From assembly GCA_964276515.1 (NCBI GenBank), contig OZ193910.1:7440001-7504000 (forward strand): a stretch of 64,000 bases of DNA, read 5' to 3'. Made by a program: the position numbers and the translations under genes. Positions within the stretch are counted from its first letter, which is position 1. Each line of letters starts with the position of its first letter. This stretch comes from Gordius albopunctatus (taxonomy: Eukaryota). Of this stretch, positions 9,970 to 26,100 are shown piece after piece. The notes below the pieces were generated by a model that was given only the letters and a program-made list of their open reading frames with translations, was not told where the DNA came from and ran no database searches.

Positions 9970-12900
9970 AATAATTTTTGATGACTGATCAAAAAAATAT
10001 TTTTCAAGGAATTCACCTCTTATACCGAAAACTTTCATGAGAGCTATATGGTTGAACAAAAAAAATTAAAACAATTTTGAGGTCGAAAAAAATATTATTT
10101 TTCATATTCTTTCGAAAGGGAGATGAAAAAATCTTTAAAAGTTAGTAAATATTCTTAGCATTTTGTCCTTGTTAGAATCTTGATAGGAATTTATGCGTGG
10201 GAGGATGTTTTAGATTGAGAGAAATTAAAATTTAGGTGTACGTTTATATTGTTTCAATATCGCTTTATAAGCGTGTCTCTAGTTTTAGTGAAACAAGCTC
10301 TATGCGATCGTGATTTAGAGTTAATAATTTTTGATGACTGATCAAAAAAATATTTTTAAAGGAATTCACCTCTTATACCGAAAACTTTCATGAGAGCTAT
10401 ATGGTTGAACAAAAAAAATTAAAACAATTTTGAGGTCGAAAAAAATATTATTTTTCATATTCTTTCGAAAGGGAGATGAAAAAAGAATTTTTGCGTGGGG
10501 GATGTTTGAGATTGAGAGAAATTAAAATTTTCGTGTTGCGTTTAGATTGTTTCAATATCGCTTTATAAGCGTGTTTCTAGTTTTAGTGAAACAGGCTCTA
10601 TGCGATCGTGATTTAGAGTTAATAATTTTTGATGACTGATCAAAAAAATATTTTTCAAGGAATTCACCTCTTATACCGAAAACTTTCATAAGAGCTATAT
10701 GGTTGAACAAAAAAATTGAAAAAATTTTGAGGTCGAAAAAAATATTATTTTTCATATTCTTTCGAAAGGGATGATGAAAAAACCTTTAAAAGTTAGTAAA
10801 TACTCATAGAATTTTGTCCTTGTTAGAATCTTGATAGGAACTTTTGCGTGGGGTGATGTTTTAGATTGAGAGAAATTAAAATTTTCGTGTTGCGTTTAGA
10901 TTGTTTCAATATCGCTTTATAAGCGTGTCTCTAGTTTTAGTGAAACAAGCTCCATGCGATCGTGATTTAGAGTTAATAATTTTTGATGACTGATCAAAAA
11001 AATATTTTTAAAGGAATTCACCTCTTATACCGAAAACTTTCATGAGAGCTATATGGTTGAACAAAAAAAATTAAAACAATTTTGAGGTCGAAAAAAATAT
11101 TATTTTTCATATTCTTTCGAAAGGGAGATGAAAAAAGAATTTTTGCGTGGGGGATGTTTGAGATTGAGAGAAATTAAAATTTTCGTGTTGCGTTTAGATT
11201 GTTTCAATATCGCTTTATAAGCGTGTTTCTAGTTTTAGTGAAACAGGCTCTATGCGATCGTGATTTAGAGTTAATAATTTTTGATGACTGATCAAAAAAA
11301 TATTTTTCAAGGAATTCACCTCTTATACCGAAAACTTTCATAAGAGCTATATGGTTGAAGAAAAAATTGAAACAATTTTGAGGTCGAAAAAAATATTATT
11401 TTTCATATTCTTTCGAAAGGGAGATGAAAAAATCTTTAAAAGTTAGTAAATATTCTTAGCATTTTGTCCTTGTTAGAATCTTGATAGGAATTTATGCGTG
11501 GGAGGATGTTTTAGATTGAGAGAAATTAAAATTTAGGTGTTGCGTTTATATTGTTTCAATATCGCTTTATAAGCGTGTCTCTAGTTTTAGTGAAACAAGC
11601 TCTATGCGATCGTGATTTAGAGTTAATAATTTTTGATGACTGATCAAAAAAATGTTTTTAAAGGAATTCACCTCTTATACCGAAAACTTTCATGAGAGCT
11701 ATATGGTTGAACAAAAAAATTGAAAAAATTTTGAGGTCGAAAAAAATATTATTTTTCATATTCTTTCGAAAGGGATGATGAAAAAACCTTTAAAAGTTAG
11801 TAAATACTCATAGAATTTTGTCCTTGTTAGAATCTTGATAGGAACTTTTGCGTGGGGTGATGTTTGAGATTGAGAGAAATTAAAATTTAGGTGTACGTTT
11901 ATATTGTTTCAATATCGCTTTATAAGCGTGTCTCTAGTTTTAGTGAAACAAGCTCTATGCGATCGTGATTTAGAGTTAATAATTTTTGATGACTGATCAA
12001 AAAAATGTTTTTAAAGGAATTAACATTTTTTACCGAAAACTTTCATGAGAGCTATATGGTTGAAGAAAAAATTGAAACAATTTTGAGGTCGAAAAAAATA
12101 TTATTTTTCATATTCTTTCGAAAGGGAGATGAAAAAATCTTTAAAAGTTAGTAAATATTCTTAGCATTTTGTCCTTGTTAGAATCTTGATAGGAATTTAT
12201 GCGTGGGAGGATGTTTTAGATTGAGAGAAATTAAAATTTAGGTGTACGTTTATATTGTTTCAATATCGCTTTATAAGCGTGTCTCTAGTTTTAGTGAAAC
12301 AAGCTCTATGCGATCGTGATTTAGAGTTAATAATTTTTGATGACTGATCAAAAAAATGTTTTTAAAGGAATTCACCTCTTATACCGAAAACTTTCATGAG
12401 AGCTATATGGTTGAACAAAAAAATTGAAAAATTTTTGAGGTCGAAAAAAATATTATTTTTCATATTCTTTCGAAAGGGATGATGAAAAAACCTTTAAAAG
12501 TTAGTAAATACTCATAGAATTTTGTCCTTGTTAGAATCTTGATAGGAACTTTTGCGTGGGAGGATGTTTTAGATTGAGAGAAATTAAAATTTAGGTGTTG
12601 CGTTTATATTGTTTCAATATCGCTTTATAAGCGTGTCTCTAGTTTTAGTGAAACAAGGTCCATGCGATCGTGATTTAGAGTTAATAATTTTTGATGACTG
12701 ATCAAAAAAATGTTTTTAAAGGAATTAACATTTTTTACCGAAAACTTTCATGAGAGCTATATGGTTGAACAAAAAAATTAAAAAAATTTTGAGGTCGAAA
12801 AAAATATTATTTTTTATATTCTTTCGAATGGGAGATGAAAAAATCCTTAAAAGTTAGTAAATATTCTTAGCATTCTGTCCTTGTTAGAATCTTGAAAGGA

Positions 12901-13744
12901 ATTTTTGCGTGGGGGGTTGTTTTAGATTGAGAGAAATTAAAATTTTCGTGTTGCGTTTAGATTGTTTCAATATGGCTTTATAAGCGTGTCTCTAGTTTTA
13001 GTGAAACAGGCTCTATGCGATCGTGATTTAGAGTTAATAATTTTTGATGACTGATCAAAAAAAATGTTTTTCAAGGAATTAACATTTTTTACCGAAAACT
13101 TTCATGAGAGCTATATGGTTGAACAAAAAAATTGAAAAAATTTTGAGGTCGAAAAAAATATTATTTTTCATATTCATTCGAAAGCGAGATGAAAAAATCT
13201 TTAAAAGATAGTAAATACTCATAGAATTTTGTCCTTGTTTGAATCTTGATAGGAACTTTTGCGTGGGGTGATGTTTTAGATTGAGAGAAATTAAAATTTT
13301 CGTGCTGCGTTTAGATTGTTTCAATATCGCTTTATAAGTGTGTCTCTAGTTTTAGTGAAACAAGCTCCATGCGATCGTGATTTAGAGTTAATAATTTTTG
13401 ATGACTGATCAAAAAAAATGTTTTTAAAGGAATTAACATTTTTTACCGAAAACTTTCATGAGAGCTATATGGTTGAACAAAAAAATTGAAAAAATTTTGA
13501 GGTCGAAAAAAATATTATTTTTCATATTCTTTCGAAAGGGATGATGAAAAAACCTTTAAAAGATAGTAAATACTCATAGAATTTTGTCCTTGTTAGAATC
13601 TTGATAGGAACTTTTGCGTGGGGTGATGTTTTAGATTGAGAGAAATTAAAATTTTCGTGTTGCGTTTAGATTGTTTCAATATCGCTTTATAAGCGTGTTT
13701 CTAGTTTTAGTGAAACAGGCTCTATGCGATCGTGATTTAGAGTT
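9970..13744 (+). repeat. Canonical 11-monomer HOR unit (3775 bp)
   Basis: Reads E,D,A,D,F,G,H,I,J,K,C between consecutive E starts at 9970 and 13745; 9 full monomers plus 2 x 298 bp account for the length. Confidence 0.88.
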
Positions 13745-14127
13745 AATAATTTTTGATGACTGATCAAAAAAATATTTTTCAAGGAATTCACCTCTTATAC
13801 CGAAAACTTTCATGAGAGCTATATGGTTGAACAAAAAAAATTAAAACAATTTTGAGGTCGAAAAAAATATTATTTTTCATATTCTTTCGAAAGGGAGATG
13901 AAAAAATCTTTAAAAGTTAGTAAATATTCTTAGCATTTTGTCCTTGTTAGAATCTTGATAGGAATTTATGCGTGGGAGGATGTTTTAGATTGAGAGAAAT
14001 TAAAATTTAGGTGTACGTTTATATTGTTTCAATATCGCTTTATAAGCGTGTCTCTAGTTTTAGTGAAACAAGCTCTATGCGATCGTGATTTAGAGTTAAT
14101 AATTTTTGATGACTGATCAAAAAAATA

Positions 14128-17100
14128 TTTTTAAAGGAATTCACCTCTTATACCGAAAACTTTCATGAGAGCTATATGGTTGAACAAAAAAAATTAAAAC
14201 AATTTTGAGGTCGAAAAAAATATTATTTTTCATATTCTTTCGAAAGGGAGATGAAAAAAGAATTTTTGCGTGGGGGATGTTTGAGATTGAGAGAAATTAA
14301 AATTTTCGTGTTGCGTTTAGATTGTTTCAATATCGCTTTATAAGCGTGTTTCTAGTTTTAGTGAAACAGGCTCTATGCGATCGTGATTTAGAGTTAATAA
14401 TTTTTGATGACTGATCAAAAAAATATTTTTCAAGGAATTCACCTCTTATACCGAAAACTTTCATAAGAGCTATATGGTTGAAGAAAAAATTGAAACAATT
14501 TTGAGGTCGAAAAAAATATTATTTTTCATATTCTTTCGAAAGGGAGATGAAAAAATCTTTAAAAGTTAGTAAATATTCTTAGCATTTTGTCCTTGTTAGA
14601 ATCTTGATAGGAATTTATGCGTGGGAGGATGTTTTAGATTGAGAGAAATTAAAATTTAGGTGTTGCGTTTATATTGTTTCAATATCGCTTTATAAGCGTG
14701 TCTCTAGTTTTAGTGAAACAAGCTCTATGCGATCGTGATTTAGAGTTAATAATTTTTGATGACTGATCAAAAAAATGTTTTTAAAGGAATTCACCTCTTA
14801 TACCGAAAACTTTCATGAGAGCTATATGGTTGAACAAAAAAATTGAAAAAATTTTGAGGTCGAAAAAAATATTATTTTTCATATTCTTTCGAAAGGGATG
14901 ATGAAAAAACCTTTAAAAGTTAGTAAATACTCATAGAATTTTGTCCTTGTTAGAATCTTGATAGGAACTTTTGCGTGGGGTGATGTTTGAGATTGAGAGA
15001 AATTAAAATTTAGGTGTACGTTTATATTGTTTCAATATCGCTTTATAAGCGTGTCTCTAGTTTTAGTGAAACAAGCTCTATGCGATCGTGATTTAGAGTT
15101 AATAATTTTTGATGACTGATCAAAAAAATGTTTTTAAAGGAATTAACATTTTTTACCGAAAACTTTCATGAGAGCTATATGGTTGAAGAAAAAATTGAAA
15201 CAATTTTGAGGTCGAAAAAAATATTATTTTTCATATTCTTTCGAAAGGGAGATGAAAAAATCTTTAAAAGTTAGTAAATATTCTTAGCATTTTGTCCTTG
15301 TTAGAATCTTGATAGGAATTTATGCGTGGGAGGATGTTTTAGATTGAGAGAAATTAAAATTTAGGTGGACGTTTATATTGTTTCAATATCGCTTTATAAG
15401 CGTGTCTCTAGTTTTAGTGAAACAAGCTCTATGCGATCGTGATTTAGAGTTAATAATTTTTGATGACTGATCAAAAAAATGTTTTTAAAGGAATTCACCT
15501 CTTATACCGAAAACTTTCATGAGAGCTATATGGTTGAACAAAAAAATTGAAAAATTTTTGAGGTCGAAAAAAATATTATTTTTCATATTCTTTCGAAAGG
15601 GATGATGAAAAAACCTTTAAAAGTTAGTAAATACTCATAGAATTTTGTCCTTGTTAGAATCTTGATAGGAACTTTTGCGTGGGAGGATGTTTTAGATTGA
15701 GAGAAATTAAAATTTAGGTGTTGCGTTTATATTGTTTCAATATCGCTTTATAAGCGTGTCTCTAGTTTTAGTGAAACAAGGTCCATGCGATCGTGATTTA
15801 GAGTTAATAATTTTTGATGACTGATCAAAAAAATGTTTTTAAAGGAATTAACATTTTTTACCGAAAACTTTCATGAGAGCTATATGGTTGAACAAAAAAA
15901 TTAAAAAAATTTTGAGGTCGAAAAAAATATTATTTTTTATATTCTTTCGAATGGGAGATGAAAAAATCCTTAAAAGTTAGTAAATATTCTTAGCATTCTG
16001 TCCTTGTTAGAATCTTGAAAGGAATTTTTGCGTGGGGGGTTGTTTTAGATTGAGAGAAATTAAAATTTTCGTGTTGCGTTTAGATTGTTTCAATATGGCT
16101 TTATAAGCGTGTCTCTAGTTTTAGTGAAACAGGCTCTATGCGATCGTGATTTAGAGTTAATAATTTTTGATGACTGATCAAAAAAAATGTTTTTCAAGGA
16201 ATTAACATTTTTTACCGAAAACTTTCATGAGAGCTATATGGTTGAACAAAAAAATTGAAAAAATTTTGAGGTCGAAAAAAATATTATTTTTCATATTCAT
16301 TCGAAAGCGAGATGAAAAAATCTTTAAAAGATAGTAAATACTCATAGAATTTTGTCCTTGTTTGAATCTTGATAGGAACTTTTGCGTGGGGTGATGTTTT
16401 AGATTGAGAGAAATTAAAATTTTCGTGCTGCGTTTAGATTGTTTCAATATCGCTTTATAAGTGTGTCTCTAGCTTTAGTGAAACAAGCTCCATGCGATCG
16501 TGATTTAGAGTTAATAATTTTTGATGACTGATCAAAAAAAATGTTTTTAAAGGAATTAACATTTTTTACCGAAAACTTTCATGAGAGCTATATGGTTGAA
16601 CAAAAAAATTGAAAAAATTTTGAGGTCGAAAAAAATATTATTTTTCATATTCTTTCGAAAGGGATGATGAAAAAACCTTTAAAAGATAGTAAATACTCAT
16701 AGAATTTTGTCCTTGTTAGAATCTTGATAGGAACTTTTGCGTGGGGTGATGTTTTAGATTGAGAGAAATTAAAATTTTCGTGTTGCGTTTAGATTGTTTC
16801 AATATCGCTTTATAAGCGTGTTTCTAGTTTTAGTGAAACAGGCTCTATGCGATCGTGATTTAGAGTTAATAATTTTTGATGACTGATCAAAAAAATATTT
16901 TTCAAGGAATTCACCTCTTATACCGAAAACTTTCATGAGAGCTATATGGTTGAACAAAAAAAATTAAAACAATTTTGAGGTCGAAAAAAATATTATTTTT
17001 CATATTCTTTCGAAAGGGAGATGAAAAAATCTTTAAAAGTTAGTAAATATTCTTAGCATTTTGTCCTTGTTAGAATCTTGATAGGAATTTATGCGTGGGA

Positions 17101-20100
17101 GGATGTTTTAGATTGAGAGAAATTAAAATTTAGGTGTACGTTTATATTGTTTCAATATCGCTTTATAAGCGTGTCTCTAGTTTTAGTGAAACAAGCTCTA
17201 TGCGATCGTGATTTAGAGTTAATAATTTTTGATGACTGATCAAAAAAATATTTTTAAAGGAATTCACCTCTTATACCGAAAACTTTCATGAGAGCTATAT
17301 GGTTGAACAAAAAAAATTAAAACAATTTTGAGGTCGAAAAAAATATTATTTTTCATATTCTTTCGAAAGGGAGATGAAAAAAGAATTTTTGCGTGGGGGA
17401 TGTTTGAGATTGAGAGAAATTAAAATTTTCGTGTTGCGTTTAGATTGTTTCAATATCGCTTTATAAGCGTGTTTCTAGTTTTAGTGAAACAGGCTCTATG
17501 CGATCGTGATTTAGAGTTAATAATTTTTGATGACTGATCAAAAAAATATTTTTCAAGGAATTCACCTCTTATACCGAAAACTTTCATAAGAGCTATATGG
17601 TTGAACAAAAAAATTGAAAAAATTTTGAGGTCGAAAAAAATATTATTTTTCATATTCTTTCGAAAGGGATGATGAAAAAACCTTTAAAAGTTAGTAAATA
17701 CTCATAGAATTTTGTCCTTGTTAGAATCTTGATAGGAACTTTTGCGTGGGGTGATGTTTTAGATTGAGAGAAATTAAAATTTTCGTGTTGCGTTTAGATT
17801 GTTTCAATATCGCTTTATAAGCGTGTCTCTAGTTTTAGTGAAACAAGCTCCATGCGATCGTGATTTAGAGTTAATAATTTTTGATGACTGATCAAAAAAA
17901 TATTTTTAAAGGAATTCACCTCTTATACCGAAAACTTTCATGAGAGCTATATGGTTGAACAAAAAAAATTAAAACAATTTTGAGGTCGAAAAAAATATTA
18001 TTTTTCATATTCTTTCGAAAGGGAGATGAAAAAAGAATTTTTGCGTGGGGGATGTTTGAGATTGAGAGAAATTAAAATTTTCGTGTTGCGTTTAGATTGT
18101 TTCAATATCGCTTTATAAGCGTGTTTCTAGTTTTAGTGAAACAGGCTCTATGCGATCGTGATTTAGAGTTAATAATTTTTGATGACTGATCAAAAAAATA
18201 TTTTTCAAGGAATTCACCTCTTATACCGAAAACTTTCATAAGAGCTATATGGTTGAAGAAAAAATTGAAACAATTTTGAGGTCGAAAAAAATATTATTTT
18301 TCATATTCTTTCGAAAGGGAGATGAAAAAATCTTTAAAAGTTAGTAAATATTCTTAGCATTTTGTCCTTGTTAGAATCTTGATAGGAATTTATGCGTGGG
18401 AGGATGTTTTAGATTGAGAGAAATTAAAATTTAGGTGTTGCGTTTATATTGTTTCAATATCGCTTTATAAGCGTGTCTCTAGTTTTAGTGAAACAAGCTC
18501 TATGCGATCGTGATTTAGAGTTAATAATTTTTGATGACTGATCAAAAAAATGTTTTTAAAGGAATTCACCTCTTATACCGAAAACTTTCATGAGAGCTAT
18601 ATGGTTGAACAAAAAAATTGAAAAAATTTTGAGGTCGAAAAAAATATTATTTTTCATATTCTTTCGAAAGGGATGATGAAAAAACCTTTAAAAGTTAGTA
18701 AATACTCATAGAATTTTGTCCTTGTTAGAATCTTGATAGGAACTTTTGCGTGGGGTGATGTTTGAGATTGAGAGAAATTAAAATTTAGGTGTACGTTTAT
18801 ATTGTTTCAATATCGCTTTATAAGCGTGTCTCTAGTTTTAGTGAAACAAGCTCTATGCGATCGTGATTTAGAGTTAATAATTTTTGATGACTGATCAAAA
18901 AAATGTTTTTAAAGGAATTAACATTTTTTACCGAAAACTTTCATGAGAGCTATATGGTTGAAGAAAAAATTGAAACAATTTTGAGGTCGAAAAAAATATT
19001 ATTTTTCATATTCTTTCGAAAGGGAGATGAAAAAATCTTTAAAAGTTAGTAAATATTCTTAGCATTTTGTCCTTGTTAGAATCTTGATAGGAATTTATGC
19101 GTGGGAGGATGTTTTAGATTGAGAGAAATTAAAATTTAGGTGTACGTTTATATTGTTTCAATATCGCTTTATAAGCGTGTCTCTAGTTTTAGTGAAACAA
19201 GCTCTATGCGATCGTGATTTAGAGTTAATAATTTTTGATGACTGATCAAAAAAATGTTTTTAAAGGAATTCACCTCTTATACCGAAAACTTTCATGAGAG
19301 CTATATGGTTGAACAAAAAAATTGAAAAATTTTTGAGGTCGAAAAAAATATTATTTTTCATATTCTTTCGAAAGGGATGATGAAAAAACCTTTAAAAGTT
19401 AGTAAATACTCATAGAATTTTGTCCTTGTTAGAATCTTGATAGGAACTTTTGCGTGGGAGGATGTTTTAGATTGAGAGAAATTAAAATTTAGGTGTTGCG
19501 TTTATATTGTTTCAATATCGCTTTATAAGCGTGTCTCTAGTTTTAGTGAAACAAGGTCCATGCGATCGTGATTTAGAGTTAATAATTTTTGATGACTGAT
19601 CAAAAAAATGTTTTTAAAGGAATTAACATTTTTTACCGAAAACTTTCATGAGAGCTATATGGTTGAACAAAAAAATTAAAAAAATTTTGAGGTCGAAAAA
19701 AATATTATTTTTTATATTCTTTCGAATGGGAGATGAAAAAATCCTTAAAAGTTAGTAAATATTCTTAGCATTCTGTCCTTGTTAGAATCTTGAAAGGAAT
19801 TTTTGCGTGGGGGGATGTTTTAGATTGAGAGAAATTAAAATTTTCGTGTTGCGTTTAGATTGTTTCAATATGGCTTTATAAGCGTGTCTCTAGTTTTAGT
19901 GAAACAGGCTCTATGCGATCGTGATTTAGAGTTAATAATTTTTGATGACTGATCAAAAAAAATGTTTTTCAAGGAATTAACATTTTTTACCGAAAACTTT
20001 CATGAGAGCTATATGGTTGAACAAAAAAATTGAAAAAATTTTGAGGTCGAAAAAAATATTATTTTTCATATTCATTCGAAAGCGAGATGAAAAAATCTTT

Positions 20101-23100
20101 AAAAGTTAGTAAATATTCTTAGCATTTTGTCCTTGTTAGAATCTTGATAGGAATTTATGCGTGGGAGGATGTTTTAGATTGAGAGAAATTAAAATTTAGG
20201 TGTTGCGTTTATATTGTTTCAATATCGCTTTATAAGCGTGTCTCTAGTTTTAGTGAAACAAGCTCTATGCGATCGTGATTTAGAGTTAATAATTTTTGAT
20301 GACTGATCAAAAAAATGTTTTTAAAGGAATTCACCTCTTATACCGAAAACTTTCATGAGAGCTATATGGTTGAACAAAAAAAATTAAAACAATTTTGAGG
20401 TCGAAAAAAATATTATTTTTCATATTCTTTCGAAAGGGAGATGAAAAAAGAATTTTTGCGTGGGGGATGTTTGAGATTGAGAGAAATTAAAATTTTCGTG
20501 TTGCGTTTAGATTGTTTCAATATCGCTTTATAAGCGTGTTTCTAGTTTTAGTGAAACAGGCTCTATGCGATCGTGATTTAGAGTTAATAATTTTTGATGA
20601 CTGATCAAAAAAATATTTTTCAAGGAATTCACCTCTTATACCGAAAACTTTCATAAGAGCTATATGGTTGAAGAAAAAATTGAAACAATTTTGAGGTCGA
20701 AAAAAATATTATTTTTCATATTCTTTCGAAAGGGAGATGAAAAAATCTTTAAAAGTTAGTAAATATTCTTAGCATTTTGTCCTTGTTAGAATCTTGATAG
20801 GAATTTATGCGTGGGAGGATGTTTTAGATTGAGAGAAATTAAAATTTAGGTGTTGCGTTTATATTGTTTCAATATCGCTTTATAAGCGTGTCTCTAGTTT
20901 TAGTGAAACAAGCTCTATGCGATCGTGATTTAGAGTTAATAATTTTTGATGACTGATCAAAAAAATGTTTTTAAAGGAATTCACCTCTTATACCGAAAAC
21001 TTTCATGAGAGCTATATGGTTGAACAAAAAAATTGAAAAAATTTTGAGGTCGAAAAAAATATTATTTTTCATATTCTTTCGAAAGGGATGATGAAAAAAC
21101 CTTTAAAAGTTAGTAAATACTCATAGAATTTTGTCCTTGTTAGAATCTTGATAGGAACTTTTGCGTGGGGTGATGTTTGAGATTGAGAGAAATTAAAATT
21201 TAGGTGTACGTTTATATTGTTTCAATATCGCTTTATAAGCGTGTCTCTAGTTTTAGTGAAACAAGCTCTATGCGATCGTGATTTAGAGTTAATAATTTTT
21301 GATGACTGATCAAAAAAATGTTTTTAAAGGAATTAACATTTTTTACCGAAAACTTTCATGAGAGCTATATGGTTGAAGAAAAAATTGAAACAATTTTGAG
21401 GTCGAAAAAAATATTATTTTTCATATTCTTTCGAAAGGGAGATGAAAAAATCTTTAAAAGTTAGTAAATATTCTTAGCATTTTGTCCTTGTTAGAATCTT
21501 GATAGGAATTTATGCGTGGGAGGATGTTTTAGATTGAGAGAAATTAAAATTTAGGTGGACGTTTATATTGTTTCAATATCGCTTTATAAGCGTGTCTCTA
21601 GTTTTAGTGAAACAAGCTCTATGCGATCGTGATTTAGAGTTAATAATTTTTGATGACTGATCAAAAAAATGTTTTTAAAGGAATTCACCTCTTATACCGA
21701 AAACTTTCATGAGAGCTATATGGTTGAACAAAAAAATTGAAAAATTTTTGAGGTCGAAAAAAATATTATTTTTCATATTCTTTCGAAAGGGATGATGAAA
21801 AAACCTTTAAAAGTTAGTAAATACTCATAGAATTTTGTCCTTGTTAGAATCTTGATAGGAACTTTTGCGTGGGAGGATGTTTTAGATTGAGAGAAATTAA
21901 AATTTAGGTGTTGCGTTTATATTGTTTCAATATCGCTTTATAAGCGTGTCTCTAGTTTTAGTGAAACAAGGTCCATGCGATCGTGATTTAGAGTTAATAA
22001 TTTTTGATGACTGATCAAAAAAATGTTTTTAAAGGAATTAACATTTTTTACCGAAAACTTTCATGAGAGCTATATGGTTGAACAAAAAAATTAAAAAAAT
22101 TTTGAGGTCGAAAAAAATATTATTTTTTATATTCTTTCGAATGGGAGATGAAAAAATCCTTAAAAGTTAGTAAATATTCTTAGCATTCTGTCCTTGTTAG
22201 AATCTTGAAAGGAATTTTTGCGTGGGGGGTTGTTTTAGATTGAGAGAAATTAAAATTTTCGTGTTGCGTTTAGATTGTTTCAATATGGCTTTATAAGCGT
22301 GTCTCTAGTTTTAGTGAAACAGGCTCTATGCGATCGTGATTTAGAGTTAATAATTTTTGATGACTGATCAAAAAAAATGTTTTTCAAGGAATTAACATTT
22401 TTTACCGAAAACTTTCATGAGAGCTATATGGTTGAACAAAAAAATTGAAAAAATTTTGAGGTCGAAAAAAATATTATTTTTCATATTCATTCGAAAGCGA
22501 GATGAAAAAATCTTTAAAAGATAGTAAATACTCATAGAATTTTGTCCTTGTTTGAATCTTGATAGGAACTTTTGCGTGGGGTGATGTTTTAGATTGAGAG
22601 AAATTAAAATTTTCGTGCTGCGTTTAGATTGTTTCAATATCGCTTTATAAGTGTGTCTCTAGCTTTAGTGAAACAAGCTCCATGCGATCGTGATTTAGAG
22701 TTAATAATTTTTGATGACTGATCAAAAAAAATGTTTTTAAAGGAATTAACATTTTTTACCGAAAACTTTCATGAGAGCTATATGGTTGAACAAAAAAATT
22801 GAAAAAATTTTGAGGTCGAAAAAAATATTATTTTTCATATTCTTTCGAAAGGGATGATGAAAAAACCTTTAAAAGATAGTAAATACTCATAGAATTTTGT
22901 CCTTGTTAGAATCTTGATAGGAACTTTTGCGTGGGGTGATGTTTTAGATTGAGAGAAATTAAAATTTTCGTGTTGCGTTTAGATTGTTTCAATATCGCTT
23001 TATAAGCGTGTTTCTAGTTTTAGTGAAACAGGCTCTATGCGATCGTGATTTAGAGTTAATAATTTTTGATGACTGATCAAAAAAATATTTTTCAAGGAAT

Positions 23101-26100
23101 TCACCTCTTATACCGAAAACTTTCATGAGAGCTATATGGTTGAACAAAAAAAATTAAAACAATTTTGAGGTCGAAAAAAATATTATTTTTCATATTCTTT
23201 CGAAAGGGAGATGAAAAAATCTTTAAAAGTTAGTAAATATTCTTAGCATTTTGTCCTTGTTAGAATCTTGATAGGAATTTATGCGTGGGAGGATGTTTTA
23301 GATTGAGAGAAATTAAAATTTAGGTGTACGTTTATATTGTTTCAATATCGCTTTATAAGCGTGTCTCTAGTTTTAGTGAAACAAGCTCTATGCGATCGTG
23401 ATTTAGAGTTAATAATTTTTGATGACTGATCAAAAAAATATTTTTAAAGGAATTCACCTCTTATACCGAAAACTTTCATGAGAGCTATATGGTTGAACAA
23501 AAAAAATTAAAACAATTTTGAGGTCGAAAAAAATATTATTTTTCATATTCTTTCGAAAGGGAGATGAAAAAAGAATTTTTGCGTGGGGGATGTTTGAGAT
23601 TGAGAGAAATTAAAATTTTCGTGTTGCGTTTAGATTGTTTCAATATCGCTTTATAAGCGTGTTTCTAGTTTTAGTGAAACAGGCTCTATGCGATCGTGAT
23701 TTAGAGTTAATAATTTTTGATGACTGATCAAAAAAATATTTTTCAAGGAATTCACCTCTTATACCGAAAACTTTCATAAGAGCTATATGGTTGAACAAAA
23801 AAATTGAAAAAATTTTGAGGTCGAAAAAAATATTATTTTTCATATTCTTTCGAAAGGGATGATGAAAAAACCTTTAAAAGTTAGTAAATACTCATAGAAT
23901 TTTGTCCTTGTTAGAATCTTGATAGGAACTTTTGCGTGGGGTGATGTTTTAGATTGAGAGAAATTAAAATTTTCGTGTTGCGTTTAGATTGTTTCAATAT
24001 CGCTTTATAAGCGTGTCTCTAGTTTTAGTGAAACAAGCTCCATGCGATCGTGATTTAGAGTTAATAATTTTTGATGACTGATCAAAAAAATATTTTTAAA
24101 GGAATTCACCTCTTATACCGAAAACTTTCATGAGAGCTATATGGTTGAACAAAAAAAATTAAAACAATTTTGAGGTCGAAAAAAATATTATTTTTCATAT
24201 TCTTTCGAAAGGGAGATGAAAAAAGAATTTTTGCGTGGGGGATGTTTGAGATTGAGAGAAATTAAAATTTTCGTGTTGCGTTTAGATTGTTTCAATATCG
24301 CTTTATAAGCGTGTTTCTAGTTTTAGTGAAACAGGCTCTATGCGATCGTGATTTAGAGTTAATAATTTTTGATGACTGATCAAAAAAATATTTTTCAAGG
24401 AATTCACCTCTTATACCGAAAACTTTCATAAGAGCTATATGGTTGAAGAAAAAATTGAAACAATTTTGAGGTCGAAAAAAATATTATTTTTCATATTCTT
24501 TCGAAAGGGAGATGAAAAAATCTTTAAAAGTTAGTAAATATTCTTAGCATTTTGTCCTTGTTAGAATCTTGATAGGAATTTATGCGTGGGAGGATGTTTT
24601 AGATTGAGAGAAATTAAAATTTAGGTGTTGCGTTTATATTGTTTCAATATCGCTTTATAAGCGTGTCTCTAGTTTTAGTGAAACAAGCTCTATGCGATCG
24701 TGATTTAGAGTTAATAATTTTTGATGACTGATCAAAAAAATGTTTTTAAAGGAATTCACCTCTTATACCGAAAACTTTCATGAGAGCTATATGGTTGAAC
24801 AAAAAAATTGAAAAAATTTTGAGGTCGAAAAAAATATTATTTTTCATATTCTTTCGAAAGGGATGATGAAAAAACCTTTAAAAGTTAGTAAATACTCATA
24901 GAATTTTGTCCTTGTTAGAATCTTGATAGGAACTTTTGCGTGGGGTGATGTTTGAGATTGAGAGAAATTAAAATTTAGGTGTACGTTTATATTGTTTCAA
25001 TATCGCTTTATAAGCGTGTCTCTAGTTTTAGTGAAACAAGCTCTATGCGATCGTGATTTAGAGTTAATAATTTTTGATGACTGATCAAAAAAATGTTTTT
25101 AAAGGAATTAACATTTTTTACCGAAAACTTTCATGAGAGCTATATGGTTGAAGAAAAAATTGAAACAATTTTGAGGTCGAAAAAAATATTATTTTTCATA
25201 TTCTTTCGAAAGGGAGATGAAAAAATCTTTAAAAGTTAGTAAATATTCTTAGCATTTTGTCCTTGTTAGAATCTTGATAGGAATTTATGCGTGGGAGGAT
25301 GTTTTAGATTGAGAGAAATTAAAATTTAGGTGTACGTTTATATTGTTTCAATATCGCTTTATAAGCGTGTCTCTAGTTTTAGTGAAACAAGCTCTATGCG
25401 ATCGTGATTTAGAGTTAATAATTTTTGATGACTGATCAAAAAAATGTTTTTAAAGGAATTCACCTCTTATACCGAAAACTTTCATGAGAGCTATATGGTT
25501 GAACAAAAAAATTGAAAAATTTTTGAGGTCGAAAAAAATATTATTTTTCATATTCTTTCGAAAGGGATGATGAAAAAACCTTTAAAAGTTAGTAAATACT
25601 CATAGAATTTTGTCCTTGTTAGAATCTTGATAGGAACTTTTGCGTGGGAGGATGTTTTAGATTGAGAGAAATTAAAATTTAGGTGTTGCGTTTATATTGT
25701 TTCAATATCGCTTTATAAGCGTGTCTCTAGTTTTAGTGAAACAAGGTCCATGCGATCGTGATTTAGAGTTAATAATTTTTGATGACTGATCAAAAAAATG
25801 TTTTTAAAGGAATTAACATTTTTTACCGAAAACTTTCATGAGAGCTATATGGTTGAACAAAAAAATTAAAAAAATTTTGAGGTCGAAAAAAATATTATTT
25901 TTTATATTCTTTCGAATGGGAGATGAAAAAATCCTTAAAAGTTAGTAAATATTCTTAGCATTCTGTCCTTGTTAGAATCTTGAAAGGAATTTTTGCGTGG
26001 GGGGATGTTTTAGATTGAGAGAAATTAAAATTTTCGTGTTGCGTTTAGATTGTTTCAATATGGCTTTATAAGCGTGTCTCTAGTTTTAGTGAAACAGGCT